Shown piece by piece: positions 24,852-25,913 of a DNA stretch of 25,913 nucleotides. Position 1 is the first letter of the stretch. Every line of letters begins with the position of its first letter. Made by a program: the position numbers and the translations under genes. The notes under the pieces were generated by a model, which saw only the letters and a list, made by a program, of their open reading frames with translations, did not search any database and was not told where the DNA came from. Origin of the DNA: a virus (taxonomy: Duplodnaviria > Caudoviricetes). The stretch lies in the IMG/VR virus record IMGVR_UViG_3300032246_000211, positions 1 through 25,913 of that record; one strand, 5' to 3'.

Positions 24852-25396
24852 TACACTATACGACCTTTGGTCTTACCGCGAATAGCGCAACCATCTGCGC
24901 GTTTAGAGGCAGAAGACACTTTGCCACCCGATTTAAAGCTAGACTTAGCATTTTTAAATGCGTTACCTTTAAATGAAGATGGCGTATCTTTAAACGAAGA
25001 AGAGATATCTTTTAAAGTTGAAGAGCTTTCTTTAAATGAGGAAGGAGTTCCTTTAAAAGATGCAGAATTACCTTTAAACGATGATGAGCCATCTTTAAAC
25101 GAAGAGGAACTGTCTTTAAATGCAGATTCTTTATTCTTAGAGGTAGATTTTGGTTCTTCTTTTGGCTCTACTTTTGGCTCTACTTTAGTTTTAACTACAG
25201 TACGCTCTATAGATTTTGGAGCTTTTGCAGCTGGCAAGTCCATAGATAGAGTTTCAGAATCTGTTGTATCAAAATCGCGAGATTTTGGCTTTGTTAAATC
25301 ATTGCCTTGAGCATCAATCATACCCATGCGGTATTTAACGATTTCATCATCGCCTGTGTATCCGCCATTATCAAATTTACGCATTTTCTTTTTCAT
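24851..25396 (-). CDS. Ser/Lys-rich heptad-repeat protein with conserved C-terminal GGKVSSASKRADGCAIRGKTKGRIV tag
   Basis: 181 aa; N-terminal FDNGG, SSFKxxx repeats, shared tail. Confidence 0.85.
   Translation of the reverse strand: MKKKMRKFDNGGYTGDDEIVKYRMGMIDAQGNDLTKPKSRDFDTTDSETLSMDLPAAKAPKSIERTVVKTKVEPKVEPKEEPKSTSKNKESAFKDSSSSFKDGSSSFKGNSASFKGTPSSFKESSSTLKDISSSFKDTPSSFKGNAFKNAKSSFKSGGKVSSASKRADGCAIRGKTKGRIV
24925..25126. repeat. Imperfect 21-nt coding tandem repeat (about 10 units, SSFKxxx)
   Basis: tttaaa recurs every 21 nt (last units shortened to 18 nt); protein SAFKDSS SSFKDGS SSFKGNS ASFKGTP SSFKESS STLKDIS SSFKDTP SSFKGN AFKNAK SSFKSGG. Confidence 0.9.
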
Positions 25397-25397
25397 A

Positions 25398-25913
25398 TTA
25401 GCAAGCTCCGCCTCTATTCATTTTAATATTTGTACCTTTAGACTTGCCTTTTACAGCAACACCATCAGCTTTAGACAACTGAGCAGCTTTACCGCCAGAA
25501 GCCATTTTCTTAGGAGCACAAGCCATACCACCTTTTCTCAATTTAGAAAGGTTAGTATGCTCGCCTTTATGCTCTTGTTTGTCGTGCATTGAGAAGGCTT
25601 TTTTAATCATGGCTTTGTCTTGAGACTTATCCATCTTCATGTCTTCTTTAGCGTCAGTCATGCCGCCTTTTCTCATGTAACCCATTTTGTTACGTACAGC
25701 TGTAGGTAACTTTGCTAATCCTGGATTTTTTTTCATATCTACTGGTTTCATCATTCCCCCATCTTTATGACCAATATATTTATTAAGCATGGCATTAGGT
25801 AACTGTTTTTCGCCACGGTTTGTTTGTTGCTTATTAATTCCTTGCTTTAATGAGGATTTGACCCCACCATCGCGGAATGTTTTACCTTTATCTGCAGATA
25901 CAAAATCTTTTCC
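25398..25913 (-). CDS. Basic multi-module protein punctuated by six xxGG motifs; 5'-truncated by the window edge (>171 aa)
   Basis: The frame of the 130-aa track ORF stays open to 25913 (GKDFVSADKGKTFRDGGVKSSLKQGINKQQTNRGEKQLPNA-MLNKY...), and there is no SD before 25790. Confidence 0.8.
   Translation of the reverse strand, partial: GKDFVSADKGKTFRDGGVKSSLKQGINKQQTNRGEKQLPNAMLNKYIGHKDGGMMKPVDMKKNPGLAKLPTAVRNKMGYMRKGGMTDAKEDMKMDKSQDKAMIKKAFSMHDKQEHKGEHTNLSKLRKGGMACAPKKMASGGKAAQLSKADGVAVKGKSKGTNIKMNRGGAC

Noticed and set aside
24208-25126. CRISPR array or DGR template/variable repeats
   Set aside because: The repeats are in-frame coding repeats with synonymous divergence; no spacers, cas genes or reverse transcriptase, and differences are not adenine-specific.
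25398-25420. Ubiquitin-like conjugation system (C-terminal RGG; FCCH-like inserts in the gp10-like protein)
   Set aside because: No beta-grasp-sized domain and no E1/E2/JAB genes in the window; the inserts are common structural beta-domains.
76-25592. All plus-strand ORFs in the track (e.g. 3177-3503, 9416-9736, 18609-18935, 24720-25310)
   Set aside because: They lie antisense to well-supported minus-strand genes that tile the window, and have no SD or recognisable motifs; shadow ORFs.
25788-25790. ATG at 25790 as the start of the 130-aa ORF
   Set aside because: The frame is open to the window edge with another xxGG motif upstream, and there is no SD.
23960-25913. Double-glycine bacteriocin/RiPP leader peptides
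   Set aside because: The ELxxxELxxIxGG helix pattern is absent, the hydrophobic residue is at -5 rather than -4, and there is no C39 peptidase transporter.
1-25913. tRNA, rRNA, intrinsic terminators, integrase/IS elements, capsid/portal/terminase genes
   Set aside because: None recognised; intergenic gaps are under 40 nt, and head and packaging genes presumably lie outside the window.

Overview
Virion-morphogenesis region of a tailed dsDNA phage (podovirus-like, P22/T7-type short-tail architecture, of the kind common among uncultured aquatic phages). All credible genes lie on the minus strand, tightly packed with many overlapping stop/start codons. In the direction of transcription (right to left): a cluster of small basic proteins; two head-tail adaptor-like proteins; tail and fibre genes, including a 967-aa fibre with an S74 chaperone and a Gly-rich fibre; a low-GC 2OG-Fe(II) oxygenase; holin and GH19 endolysin; a gp10/tail-tubular-B-like protein; and an internal/ejected-protein block (GNAT-like, cupin, 658 aa, GNAT, 712 aa). 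The block ends in a giant polyvalent protein (>1716 aa, missed by the ORF track because it runs off the left edge) with DdrB-ParB-like, HExxH metallopeptidase and ADP-ribosyltransferase-like domains. The most striking unexplained signal is a short motif, [FYMHL]-x-x-G-G-x-hydrophobic, present about two dozen times in eight otherwise unrelated genes, where it falls at module boundaries. A conserved basic tag (SASKRADGCxI[KR]GKTKGRIV) also ends three tandem genes with unrelated N-termini. I infer a peptide-tag-based cargo-loading or polyprotein-processing system for virion-packaged proteins. All family calls come from motif recognition by eye; no searches were run.
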